From positions 288,001 through 352,000 of the forward strand of contig CAWHHI010000012.1 of NCBI GenBank assembly GCA_963829055.1: a stretch of 64,000 bases of DNA, read 5' to 3'. Both the position numbers and the translations under genes were made by a program. Origin of the DNA: an uncultured Gemmatimonadaceae bacterium (GTDB lineage: Bacteria; Gemmatimonadota; Gemmatimonadetes; Gemmatimonadales; Gemmatimonadaceae). The notes under the pieces are model-generated. The model made no database searches, was not told where the DNA came from, and saw only the letters and a list, made by a program, of their open reading frames with translations. Shown here piece after piece: positions 21,188 through 30,521 of the stretch. Every line of letters begins with the position of its first letter. Position 1 is the stretch's first letter.

Positions 21188-22738
21188 ATGGCGAACGATG
21201 AACACCGACCCGTCGTCCTCGTGGTGCTCGATGGGTGGGGGTACCGCGAGGCTCAGGAAGGCAACGCAATTCGAATGGCGCACGTGCCCACGTGGGACCG
21301 ACTCTGGTCACGCGCGCCGCGGACGCTCCTGGACGCGTCGGGACTAGCCGTTGGACTGCCGGAAGGCCAGATGGGAAACAGTGAGGTCGGGCATCTGAAC
21401 CTGGGTGCCGGACGTGTGGTGATGCAGGATCTCGTTCGCATCGACCTCGCCATCCGCGACGGCTCCTTCTTCGCGCTCCCGGCATTCACCAACGTCTGCG
21501 CCCACGTTCGAAGGACGGGCGGAACGCTGCACCTGATGGGGCTCCTGGGCGACGGCGGCGTGCATGCGGTCGACCGCCATCTGTTCGCGCTATTCGATCT
21601 GGTCGAACGCGAGCGTGTACCGCGGGCGGCACTCCACGCGCTTCTCGACGGACGCGACACGCTGCCGAAGTCGGCGCTGGGGTACATGGAGCAGACGATC
21701 GCGCGCGCCGCTGGAAGAGTCGTGGTGGGGAGCCTCGGCGGCCGCTACTACGGCATGGATCGCGACAAGCGATGGGAGCGCACGCAGCTCTGGTATGACG
21801 CGGCGGTCCTCGGTGTCGGACCCCAGGTGCAGGACCCCGTGGCGGCAATCCGTGATGCGTACGATCGAGGGGAGACGGACGAGTTCATCAAGCCAGTCGT
21901 TGTCGCGAACGACGGCTCGCCGATCGCACCGTTCCGCGACGGCGACGCACTCATCTGCTTCAACTACCGATCGGACCGCATGCGTCAGATGGTGCGCGCG
22001 CTCACCGACGACGCCTTCAGCGGCTTCCCGAGCCGGCATCCGAAGATCCCAGTGGCGACGATGACGTCGTACGACCAGACGCTCAACGTCCCAGTCGCGT
22101 TCCCGCCGCAGTCCATGGCGCGCATCGTTGCCGAAACGCTGGCCGAGCACGGACGGACGTCATTGCGGACCGCGGAGACGGAGAAGTACGCGCACGTGAC
22201 CTACTTCTTCAACGGCGGCGTCGAGATCCCGTATGCGGGGGAAGAACGCATTCTGGTGCCGAGTCAGAAGGTCGCGACGTACGATCTCGCGCCGGAGATG
22301 AGCGCGCACGGCATCACGGACGTCCTGTGCAACGCGATCGACACGCGATCGCACGACTTCGTGCTGTGCAACTACGCGAACGGTGACATGGTCGGCCACA
22401 CGGGATCCATTCCCGCGACGCTCAAGGCAGTGGAGACGGTGGATGCGTGCCTAACGCGCATCGTCGCCGCGGCGGAGCGCACGGGCGCGCGACTGCTCAT
22501 CACCGCGGACCACGGCAACTGTGAGCAGATGATCGACCCGGCGACGGGGGGCCCGCATACAGCACACACGACGAATCCGGTGCCCTTCCTCGTTGTCGAT
22601 CCCGGTGGCGGCAACGAGGAGCTGCGTAGCGGCGGAGCGCTGTGCGACGTTGGACCAACGATTCTCCGGATGCTGGGTATCGACCAGCCGGATGAAATGA
22701 CAGGCACTTCCCTCAGACCTTCCGGAGTGAGCGCGTGA
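21188..22738 (+). CDS. gpmI: 2,3-bisphosphoglycerate-independent phosphoglycerate mutase
   Basis: VLDGWG, MGNSEVGH, DGRD, AETEKYAHVT, DMVGHTG, TADHGN. Confidence 0.97.
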   Translation: MANDEHRPVVLVVLDGWGYREAQEGNAIRMAHVPTWDRLWSRAPRTLLDASGLAVGLPEGQMGNSEVGHLNLGAGRVVMQDLVRIDLAIRDGSFFALPAFTNVCAHVRRTGGTLHLMGLLGDGGVHAVDRHLFALFDLVERERVPRAALHALLDGRDTLPKSALGYMEQTIARAAGRVVVGSLGGRYYGMDRDKRWERTQLWYDAAVLGVGPQVQDPVAAIRDAYDRGETDEFIKPVVVANDGSPIAPFRDGDALICFNYRSDRMRQMVRALTDDAFSGFPSRHPKIPVATMTSYDQTLNVPVAFPPQSMARIVAETLAEHGRTSLRTAETEKYAHVTYFFNGGVEIPYAGEERILVPSQKVATYDLAPEMSAHGITDVLCNAIDTRSHDFVLCNYANGDMVGHTGSIPATLKAVETVDACLTRIVAAAERTGARLLITADHGNCEQMIDPATGGPHTAHTTNPVPFLVVDPGGGNEELRSGGALCDVGPTILRMLGIDQPDEMTGTSLRPSGVSA

Positions 22739-23448
22739 ACGTTCGGATGTGGGTGAAAACGGCAACAACGCTCGTCTGCTCTGCGATCGCGGGGCCGCTG
22801 GCGGCGCAGCAGGTGGTGGGACATGCGCCGCAGGCCAGCCCGTTTATCGATCTCGAGTACAAGCAGGAATTGTCTCTCTTCGGCGGTCATTACAACGCCG
22901 GCAAGGACGCTGTCGGTGTCGCGCCGCAGGACGGACCGATGGTCGGCCTGCGGTACGACCTCCGGCTCGGAGGTCCCGCGTCGCTGACAACCCGTTTCGC
23001 GTACGTGTCGTCCGAGCGAACCATCATCGACCCGCGTCGTCCAGCCGCGATACGGGTCGTGGAGGAGAACGCCTCGTGGCCGATCTACCTCGCGGAAGTC
23101 GGCATCTCCGTCAACCTCACCGGGCAGCGCAGCTACCGCCGATTCGTTCCGTTCCTGAACGGTGGGGCAGGTGTCGCTACCGACTTCAAGGGTGGCGCGG
23201 ATGTCGGCGCATGGAGCTTCGGCACCCCGTTTGCATTTTCGTTCGGCGGCGGAATGAAATGGGTGCCCACCGGTAACCTCCAGGCGCGGCTCGACCTCTC
23301 GGATCATCTCTATCAGATCAAGTATCCGAATTCGTACTACCAAACCGCGAGCGACGGGACGAGCGTGCTGAGGCCGAACGCCGCGAAGAGCGACTGGACG
23401 AACAACTTCGGGTTCGCGCTCGGGATATCGTACCTGTTCTTCCGCTAG
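22735..23448 (+). CDS. Outer-membrane beta-barrel protein
   Basis: Signal peptide, amphipathic strands, C-terminal GISYLFFR. Confidence 0.7.
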   Translation: MNVRMWVKTATTLVCSAIAGPLAAQQVVGHAPQASPFIDLEYKQELSLFGGHYNAGKDAVGVAPQDGPMVGLRYDLRLGGPASLTTRFAYVSSERTIIDPRRPAAIRVVEENASWPIYLAEVGISVNLTGQRSYRRFVPFLNGGAGVATDFKGGADVGAWSFGTPFAFSFGGGMKWVPTGNLQARLDLSDHLYQIKYPNSYYQTASDGTSVLRPNAAKSDWTNNFGFALGISYLFFR

Positions 23449-23501
23449 CGGCGCCGCCCGACCGGGCCGCCGTGCACGAAATTGCCACGGCGAGGTGAGT
23501 G

Positions 23502-24017
23502 ATGGCGCATGACTTCGAAGACATCGATGACATCGACGACCTGAGCGACGACGAGCTGCGGCGGCTCGTCCGCGATCGCCTGACGGAGCACCGAGCGCTC
23601 GATGTTCGCGACATCTCGATCGTCGTTCGCGATGGTGTCGTCGCGCTGAATGGACGCGTGGGCACCGAGGGCGAGCGGCGCGTCGCGGAGCACGTGCTCA
23701 CGGACGTCGTCGGCATCGAAACGGTGCACAACAATCTCGTGGTGGACTCACTCCGCAGAGCGGAGAGTCCCGAAGCGGTCGACGATCATCTCGCTGACGA
23801 GGAGGAGCACTCCGGCCTGCTCCTCGGCGACCGCGCAGTGCCACTGAGCCCGGAGGCCGAGCACCTGGAGGAGGATGTCGACGCGCGCCTGTACGGGACA
23901 ACCGACGTGGGGAACGCGATAGAGGAAGGCACGGCGTGGATCCCGCCGACGTCGCCCACACAGGAAGGCATAGAAGGCAGTGACGCGTCGTCCGCGGACT
24001 ACGGCGAGGATCACTGA
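23502..24017 (+). CDS. BON domain protein with acidic tail
   Basis: VRDGVVALNGRV...VVGIETVHNNLVV BON pattern. Confidence 0.85.
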   Translation: MAHDFEDIDDIDDLSDDELRRLVRDRLTEHRALDVRDISIVVRDGVVALNGRVGTEGERRVAEHVLTDVVGIETVHNNLVVDSLRRAESPEAVDDHLADEEEHSGLLLGDRAVPLSPEAEHLEEDVDARLYGTTDVGNAIEEGTAWIPPTSPTQEGIEGSDASSADYGEDH

Positions 24018-24033
24018 GCAAGCAGGTACACCG

Positions 24034-24062
24034 AGCGGCGCGTCGAGGACGCGCCGCTTTCA
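24034..24062 (+). terminator. Probable terminator after the BON gene
   Basis: AGCGGCGCGTC-GAG-GACGCGCCGCT followed by a short T run. Confidence 0.55.
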
Positions 24063-24115
24063 CATCCGCGCGGCGCTACTTGCCTTGGCGTGAGCCGCCG
24101 GGAGATTTCGATCGC

Positions 24116-25543
24116 ATGAGCGATACAACCATTGCCGGCGAGACAAGCGACTCGACGGCGGACGATCGATTGGACGCCGTCGAAGAGAGCGCGGTATGGC
24201 TCGAGCTCAACGGCTCACCCGCGGTCACGTGGATGTGTACGCCCGAGCGACTCGACGAACTGGTGGTGGGGTGGCTGTTTGGCGAGGGCTACATCGACAA
24301 CCAGGCCGAGATCGTGCGCATGCGACCCTGTGCGTCGGAGCTCGGATTCTGGGTCGAGGTGCCGCTCGACAAGTACGACACCGTGGAGCGCGCGGAGCGA
24401 CGCCGAGTACTCGCGTCAGGCTGCGGCGCTGTGACGACGATTCTCGGATCCATGAGCGATGTGCCACGCCGACGCACGCCGAACCCCGAGTTCGACACGC
24501 CGACGCTTCGCCGGCTGTTCAAGGATCTCTTCGCGCGCGGTGAGCGTTACAAGGAGACGGGAGGCATTCACGCCGCCGCGCTGACCGACGGCGCGACGCT
24601 GCTCTATCACGCCGAGGACATCGGCCGGCATAACGCGGTCGACAAGGTGATCGGTGCGGCGGTGCTCGACGGCCGTTCACCGGAAGACCTGACGCTGCTC
24701 GTCACGGGCCGCATTTCGGGAGAGCTGGCCTTCAAAGCGGCGCGCGCGCGTATCGCGACAGTCGCGACGCCGTCGATCCCGTCGACGATCGCGGTGGACA
24801 TCGCGAAGGCCGCGCGCATGACGCTCGTTGGACGGGCGGTGAGTGGGCGACCGCAAATCCACGCGGAATCGGGAATCGGGAATCGGGAATCGGGACCGGT
24901 CCGAATCGGGATCGACGTGAGAGTCACCGGTGCCATCCTCGCTGGTGGGCTCTCGACTCGTTATGGCGGATTGCCGAAAGGGCTCGAGCGCGTGCGCGGC
25001 GTCAGGATCATCGACCGCGTCCGAGCGGCGCTCGAGCCCGTGGTCGACGATCTGCTCATCATCGCCAATGATGAACGCGCGGCGGACTGGCTTCCCGGCA
25101 TTCGCTGCGAGCAGGATGTGCTGCGGAACGTCGGCAGCGTCGCCGGGATTCACGCGGCGCTCGTCCACGCGGCGTCGCCGGTGCTCGCGGTCGCGTGGGA
25201 CATGCCGTTCGTGCCAACCCCGCTGCTTCGCGCGCTGCGCGATGCTGGCGAGAATGCGGACGCCGCTGTGCCCGAGAGCGATTCGCGCCGCGGGCTCGAG
25301 CCGCTGTGCGCCTACTACACGCCGGCATGCGTCGTGGCGATCGAACGACGCATCGCGGCCGACGACCGACGCGTGATCGCGTTCTACGACGACGTCAGGG
25401 TCGTTCGAGTGCCGGCGACGGAGGTTGCACGGTTCGGGGACCCCGCCCTTCTCTTCATGAACGTCAACACGCCCGAGGAGCGCATCCTCGCGGAGGCACA
25501 TGGCGCGTCCACCGATGGTGGCCGTGATCGGCAAGAAGCATAG
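24116..25543 (+). CDS. fdhD: FdhD sulfurtransferase fused in frame to MobA (Moco guanylyltransferase; own GTG at 24917)
   Basis: SGCG, TGGIHAA, EDIGRHNAVDK (FdhD); GAILAGG...K, WDMPFV, LEPLCAYY, FMNVNTPEE (MobA). Confidence 0.85.
   Translation: MSDTTIAGETSDSTADDRLDAVEESAVWLELNGSPAVTWMCTPERLDELVVGWLFGEGYIDNQAEIVRMRPCASELGFWVEVPLDKYDTVERAERRRVLASGCGAVTTILGSMSDVPRRRTPNPEFDTPTLRRLFKDLFARGERYKETGGIHAAALTDGATLLYHAEDIGRHNAVDKVIGAAVLDGRSPEDLTLLVTGRISGELAFKAARARIATVATPSIPSTIAVDIAKAARMTLVGRAVSGRPQIHAESGIGNRESGPVRIGIDVRVTGAILAGGLSTRYGGLPKGLERVRGVRIIDRVRAALEPVVDDLLIIANDERAADWLPGIRCEQDVLRNVGSVAGIHAALVHAASPVLAVAWDMPFVPTPLLRALRDAGENADAAVPESDSRRGLEPLCAYYTPACVVAIERRIAADDRRVIAFYDDVRVVRVPATEVARFGDPALLFMNVNTPEERILAEAHGASTDGGRDRQEA
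24865..24892 (+). repeat. Tandem heptamer (GGAATCG)x4 at the fdhD/mobA junction
   Basis: Read directly from the sequence. Confidence 0.9.
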
Positions 25544-26036
25544 CGGTAAGACAACGCTGACCGTGCGCCTCTGCGCGGAGCTGCACCGACGCGGTCATCG
25601 CGTCATGACGATCAAGCACGGGTCCCACACGTTCAACATCGACCCGTCGACCACCGACACGTATCGCCACTACCACGAGGGGCAGGTCGAGCGGGTGGCG
25701 ATGGCGGCGCCAGACAAGTTCGCGCTGATCGTGCGGTGGGGCGAGGAGCAAGGGCCGGAGGAGATCGCGGCTCGTCACATGAGCGATGCCGACATCGTCG
25801 TCTGCGAGGGCTTCAAGCGGTCACGGCTCCCAAAGATCGAGATCTACCGTCACGCTGCCCACGCCACGCCGCTGTTCGACCCCACGATGGCGGCGCCTGG
25901 CGACTATGTTGCGATCGTCACTGACGCCCCGCTCCCGGCCGCGGGTGTCCCCGTGATCCGACTCGATGACGAAGCATGGCTCGACGCCCTTGCCGACCTC
26001 GTGGAGCGACGCATCATGAAAGCCGATCCGGTATGA
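25500..26036 (+). CDS. mobB: Molybdopterin-guanine dinucleotide biosynthesis protein B
   Basis: GKKHSGKTT, IKH, EGFK..LPKIE. Confidence 0.92.
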   Translation: MARPPMVAVIGKKHSGKTTLTVRLCAELHRRGHRVMTIKHGSHTFNIDPSTTDTYRHYHEGQVERVAMAAPDKFALIVRWGEEQGPEEIAARHMSDADIVVCEGFKRSRLPKIEIYRHAAHATPLFDPTMAAPGDYVAIVTDAPLPAAGVPVIRLDDEAWLDALADLVERRIMKADPV

Positions 26037-27649
26037 CCAGGCATGGCGCTCATCACCCTCGAAGAGGTCTCGACATGATGCGAACGGAGTCGTCGAGGCA
26101 GCTTCGATCGCGGGTCGTGCACCGCCGTCCCGGCCACACTCGGCGGGCCGTGGCAGCGACGTTAGGCGTGCTCGGCGCGGTCGGCTGTGCATCTGCCCGC
26201 GGTCGCTCCGGCGGATCACCTGGCACACGAGCCGAATTACGCCACGCGATCGACTCCATGGTGGCGCAGCCCAAGTTCAGCAACGCTCACTGGGGAATCC
26301 TGATCGTGGACCCGGAGCGTGGCGACACGCTCTATTCGCATAACGCGGGCAAGCTGTTCATGCCGGCGTCGAACCAGAAGATCGTCACGGGCTCGGTAGC
26401 GCTCACGCTTCTCGGCCCGGACTACCAGTTCAACACGGTGTACTCCGCGCGCGGGCCGATCGAAGGTGGCGTGCTGCGGGGCGACCTCGTCGTAGAAGGT
26501 CGCGGAGACCCGTCGATGAGCGATCACATGCGGGGCGACGTGATGCAGGCGCTCCGCACCGTGCCCGACTCGCTTCGAGCGCACGACGTACGCTACGTGT
26601 CGGGCAGGCTGCAACGCGGCGGCGACGCGTTTCCGGACGCGTGGCACGGCTTCGGCTGGGCGTGGGATGACTTCGATTTCGGATATTCCGCCGGCGTCGA
26701 TGAACTGTTCTTCAACGAAGGCATGTTCACCATCACGGTGCGAGGCGGTCAGCGGGAGGGCGCGCGAGCCACCGTTACGGTGAAGCCGGACATTGGATAC
26801 CCGTCGCTGCGATCGTTCGTGACGACGGTCCGTCGCCCGGACTCCACGCGAGGGCCGGACGGAATGATGGGGCTTCCGCGAATGCGATCGCCGAACGCAT
26901 CCGCGGATAGCGCGAGCGGCGTCGTCACGCTCAGCGGGCAGATCGCCATCGGCGATTCGGCAACCGTCGAGGTAGCGTACCGGGACCCGGGACTCGCGTA
27001 TCTGTATGCGCTGCGCCGCACGCTTGCCGACCAGGCGCTCACGGTCGAGGGCGGGCTCGACCCGCGGCCGGGTCGCGATACCACCGCGAAGCTGGACACG
27101 CTCTTCGTGATGAAGTCGCCGCCACTCCGTGAGATTCTGCCGGCGCTCGAGAAGCCATCGCAGAATCAGATCGCCGAGATCCTCTACAAGACCCTCGGCC
27201 TGGAGCGGGCGGGTGTCGGCACGGCCGATAGCGGACGCGCCGTGATCGAACGGCAGCTCACGAGCTGGGGCATTGCGCCGACCTCATTCGCGGTTCGCGA
27301 TGGCAGCGGCCTCTCGCGTCACGACTACATCGCGCCCGACGCCGTGGTCCGTGTCCTGGATGCGATGCGTCGCAGTCCCAACTTCGCGGTGTTCCGCGAC
27401 GCGCTGCCGCTCGCAGGGGTGGACGGCACCATCGCGAATCGAATGCGGGGCACCGCGGCGGCCGGGAACGTGCACGCCAAGACAGGGTTCGTGGACAAGG
27501 CCCGGTCGCTGTCAGGGTACGTCACGACTGCGAACGGTCGGATCCTGATCTTCAGCCTCCTGTGCAACAACTGGACGACGCCGCAACGCGACGTAGACCA
27601 GGTCGCCGACGCGATCGCTGTTCGCCTCGCCGGCCTCTCCGGGCGCTGA
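26033..27649 (+). CDS. dacB: D-Ala-D-Ala carboxypeptidase/endopeptidase (PBP4, S13), probable lipoprotein; start uncertain
   Basis: PASNQK (SxxK), SQN (SxN), DGSGLSR, AKTG; lipobox-like GAVGC. Confidence 0.92.
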   Translation: MTRHGAHHPRRGLDMMRTESSRQLRSRVVHRRPGHTRRAVAATLGVLGAVGCASARGRSGGSPGTRAELRHAIDSMVAQPKFSNAHWGILIVDPERGDTLYSHNAGKLFMPASNQKIVTGSVALTLLGPDYQFNTVYSARGPIEGGVLRGDLVVEGRGDPSMSDHMRGDVMQALRTVPDSLRAHDVRYVSGRLQRGGDAFPDAWHGFGWAWDDFDFGYSAGVDELFFNEGMFTITVRGGQREGARATVTVKPDIGYPSLRSFVTTVRRPDSTRGPDGMMGLPRMRSPNASADSASGVVTLSGQIAIGDSATVEVAYRDPGLAYLYALRRTLADQALTVEGGLDPRPGRDTTAKLDTLFVMKSPPLREILPALEKPSQNQIAEILYKTLGLERAGVGTADSGRAVIERQLTSWGIAPTSFAVRDGSGLSRHDYIAPDAVVRVLDAMRRSPNFAVFRDALPLAGVDGTIANRMRGTAAAGNVHAKTGFVDKARSLSGYVTTANGRILIFSLLCNNWTTPQRDVDQVADAIAVRLAGLSGR

Positions 27650-27654
27650 CGCCA

Positions 27655-28905
27655 ATGCAGACCGTGGCGGAAGCAAGCGGCCGGATTCTCCAGCACATCA
27701 CTCGGCTCGGGGTCGAGCGCGTCCCGCTCCTGGACTCGTTAGGCCGCGTGCTCGCGGAGCAGGTGCGCGCGCCGATGACGCTGCCGGCATGGGCCAACTC
27801 GGCCATGGACGGCTACGCCGTGCGCGCCGTAGACATCGATGGTGTCACGCCCGAGCGGCCCGTTCGCCTGCGCGTGCTCGAGACCGTCGCCGCCGGCGGC
27901 TTCGCGACGCAGCCGGTGGCCGCTGGCAGCGCCATCCGCATCATGACTGGCGCGCCGCTTCCCGAGGCCGCGGATACCGTCGTGCGCGTGGAAGACACGG
28001 ACGGCGGTACTGAAACCGTGGTCGTTCGCGACGCGCGGGATGCACGCCGCAACGTGCGTCCCCGCGGCGAAGACTTCGAGGAAGGCGACCTCCTGCTGGA
28101 TGTGGGCGCGGCGTTGGGCGCCGCTCAGATCGGGATTCTCGCGTCCGTCGGACGATCATCCGCGGACGTCTTCCGCCGACCGCGCGTCGCCATCCTCGGC
28201 TCCGGTGACGAGCTCGTCGACGTCGACCGGTTCCACGAAGTGCTCGCCGGCCGCAAGATCATCTCGTCCAACGGCTACACGCTGCAGGCGCTCGTGCGTG
28301 ACGCCGGCGGAGTTCCCGTGCACCTCGGCGTGGCGGCGGACGATCCGGCATCGTTGCGGGACCATCTCCAACGCGCGATCGGGTGCGATCTCCTGATCAC
28401 GTCCGCCGGCGTGTCCGTCGGCGAGTTCGACTACACGCGCGACGTGATCTCGGCGTTAGGCGCCGAGATGAAGTTCTGGCGCGTGCGCATGCGTCCGGGT
28501 GCCCCGCTGGGGTTCGGCCTGCTCGGCACCATGCCGTGGATCGGTCTGCCGGGAAATCCTGTGTCGGCGATGGTCACGTTCGAGCTGTTCGTGCGGCCCG
28601 TCATCCGTCGCATGCTCGGACACACGAGGCTGTTCCGACGACCGGTGTCTGTCGTCCTCGAGGAGCGCGTCACGATTGGCGCACGACTGACGCACTTCCT
28701 CCGCGCCATCGTGAGCACGCGCGATGACGGAACGGCGACGGCTCGGCTCACGGGGCCGCAGGGTTCGGGAATCCTGACGTCGATGTCCCTCGCGAACGCG
28801 TTGCTCGTCGTCCCCGAGGACCGCCCCGTTGTAGAAGCTGGAGAGATGCTGCACGCGTTGCCGCTGGGCGACACCGCCGGCCTAACGACGCAGTTCGCAC
28901 TCTGA
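27655..28905 (+). CDS. moeA: Molybdopterin molybdenumtransferase
   Basis: SAMDGYA, IMTGA, SGDEL, SAGVSVG, LPGNPVS. Confidence 0.95.
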   Translation: MQTVAEASGRILQHITRLGVERVPLLDSLGRVLAEQVRAPMTLPAWANSAMDGYAVRAVDIDGVTPERPVRLRVLETVAAGGFATQPVAAGSAIRIMTGAPLPEAADTVVRVEDTDGGTETVVVRDARDARRNVRPRGEDFEEGDLLLDVGAALGAAQIGILASVGRSSADVFRRPRVAILGSGDELVDVDRFHEVLAGRKIISSNGYTLQALVRDAGGVPVHLGVAADDPASLRDHLQRAIGCDLLITSAGVSVGEFDYTRDVISALGAEMKFWRVRMRPGAPLGFGLLGTMPWIGLPGNPVSAMVTFELFVRPVIRRMLGHTRLFRRPVSVVLEERVTIGARLTHFLRAIVSTRDDGTATARLTGPQGSGILTSMSLANALLVVPEDRPVVEAGEMLHALPLGDTAGLTTQFAL

Positions 28906-29615
28906 TGATATCGCTGGAAGCACCCGCTCTGTCGCCGGAACAGGCCGCCGTCGTGCAGCAGACGCTCGACGACCTGAACACGCAGTTCGACGTCGTTCAG
29001 ACCGACATCCGCATCGGGCCGCGCGTGGTCACCTTGCACCATCCGCGGGACGCCGACGACCTCATCGACGAGGCTGCGTTCGCGATCGATGAGCGACTCC
29101 CGTACTGGGCGGACGTCTGGCCGTCCGCACGTGTGCTCGCGGAACGATTGCTGACGACGCGCGTGGACGAACGACGGTTGCTGGAGATCGGGTGCGGCTC
29201 GGGGCTCGTGTCGGTTGCGGCCGCGATCGCCGGGTTCGACGTCACGTCGACCGACTACTACGACGAAGCGCTCCGGTTCACGGCGCTGAACGTCCTCGTG
29301 AACACGGGCGTCCTCATCGACACGCGCGCTGCCGACTGGCGACGATTCCCGCACGACATCGGACGATTCGATCTCGTCGTCGCGTCGGATGTCCTGTACG
29401 AGCCAGAGCACGCATCGCTCGTGGCCGCGGTGATCGACCGAACGCTGACAGCGCGCGGCTCCGCGATGATCGCGGACCCCGGTCGGCTCGCCGCGCCTCA
29501 GTTCGTGGAGCAGTGCAAGGAACGCGGGATGCCTGCGGCAATCGTGGACCGGATTCCGTTCGAGGAAGGCGAGATCAGGCAGACCATCGACATCTACGAA
29601 GTGCGACGGCGGTAG
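28905..29615 (+). CDS. Class I SAM-dependent methyltransferase (lysine-MT/Methyltransf_16-like)
   Basis: PYWADVWPSA, LEIGCGSG, ASDVLY, DPGR. Confidence 0.85.
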   Translation: MISLEAPALSPEQAAVVQQTLDDLNTQFDVVQTDIRIGPRVVTLHHPRDADDLIDEAAFAIDERLPYWADVWPSARVLAERLLTTRVDERRLLEIGCGSGLVSVAAAIAGFDVTSTDYYDEALRFTALNVLVNTGVLIDTRAADWRRFPHDIGRFDLVVASDVLYEPEHASLVAAVIDRTLTARGSAMIADPGRLAAPQFVEQCKERGMPAAIVDRIPFEEGEIRQTIDIYEVRRR

Positions 29616-29797
29616 CTGGTCCCTGGAAGTTTGGAATGAAGATCACCGTCTCGAGACAACGGCCTGCATAACGCGGCTCCCGGCATTACCGGCACCCCGG
29701 CTGAGGCGTCCAACCACGAGAGGCTTCGCGCGCCGAATCGGGTCCGGCCGGGCCCTGTGGACAATCGGCGAATTCGTTCCCAGTCAATCCGTTCCGC

Positions 29798-30412
29798 GTG
29801 GCGGTGAACTTCAAGTACGGCGCCGAGGCCTTCGCGATGGCCGGCATCGCATATGGTCTGATCAAGTGGGTTGGCCGCAACGTGCGGTCGCTCCTCTCGG
29901 ACGCACGCCGCGAGGAGGGCCGCATCGCAGCCCTCGCCGCCGACATTCCCGCCGTAGCCGGCGACGCGCTCGTTCGACGGGGCATCGTGTCGGCCGATGA
30001 CTTTCAACGCATGACGCCGCGTGAGCGCGGGTTCCTGCTCGCGTCCATGCGACTGCCGGCGGGTGAGAGTGTCGCGGAAGAAGGTGCGACGAAGCGCACC
30101 ACGCCCCTGCCTGGCACTAGCGCGGGCGCGAGCACCACCACAACCACAACGACGACGCGCCGCTCGGCCCCAACGCCGACGCGCCTGCACCTCATCACGC
30201 CGTCGCGACCGCCGCTCGGCGTCGCGGTTCACTGCCCCGGCTGCGGCGCGCTACTCGATCGCGACACGCTGCAGCGGCTTGGAGCGACCACGTGTCAGCG
30301 GTGCAAGCGGCCGATCTCCGCGCACATCCAGCGCGACCGCCTAACGGTGATCGTCGAGGCGACGCCGGAAGAGGCCGAGCATCGTCGTCGCGTGGACGGG
30401 AGTCATTCGTAG
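29798..30412 (+). CDS. Hypothetical protein with N-terminal TM and C-terminal Zn-ribbon
   Basis: CPGC...CQRC, Thr-rich linker. Confidence 0.55.
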   Translation: MAVNFKYGAEAFAMAGIAYGLIKWVGRNVRSLLSDARREEGRIAALAADIPAVAGDALVRRGIVSADDFQRMTPRERGFLLASMRLPAGESVAEEGATKRTTPLPGTSAGASTTTTTTTTRRSAPTPTRLHLITPSRPPLGVAVHCPGCGALLDRDTLQRLGATTCQRCKRPISAHIQRDRLTVIVEATPEEAEHRRRVDGSHS

Positions 30413-30455
30413 CGTCACGCGGACCTGACGGCGAGATACAGCGTCTGGAACGGCA

Positions 30456-30514
30456 CCTCTACCGGGACGCCAAGGATTCTCTCGACTGCGCGGCTGCCGC
30501 TCGCTCGGAATGAC
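30456..30514. repeat. Partial GTCATTCCGAGCG-family palindromic element
   Basis: CCTCTACC...GATTCTCTCGACTGCG...CGCTCGGAATGAC resembles the 3' half of the 53654-53815 element. Confidence 0.65.
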
Positions 30515-30521
30515 ATCGGTG

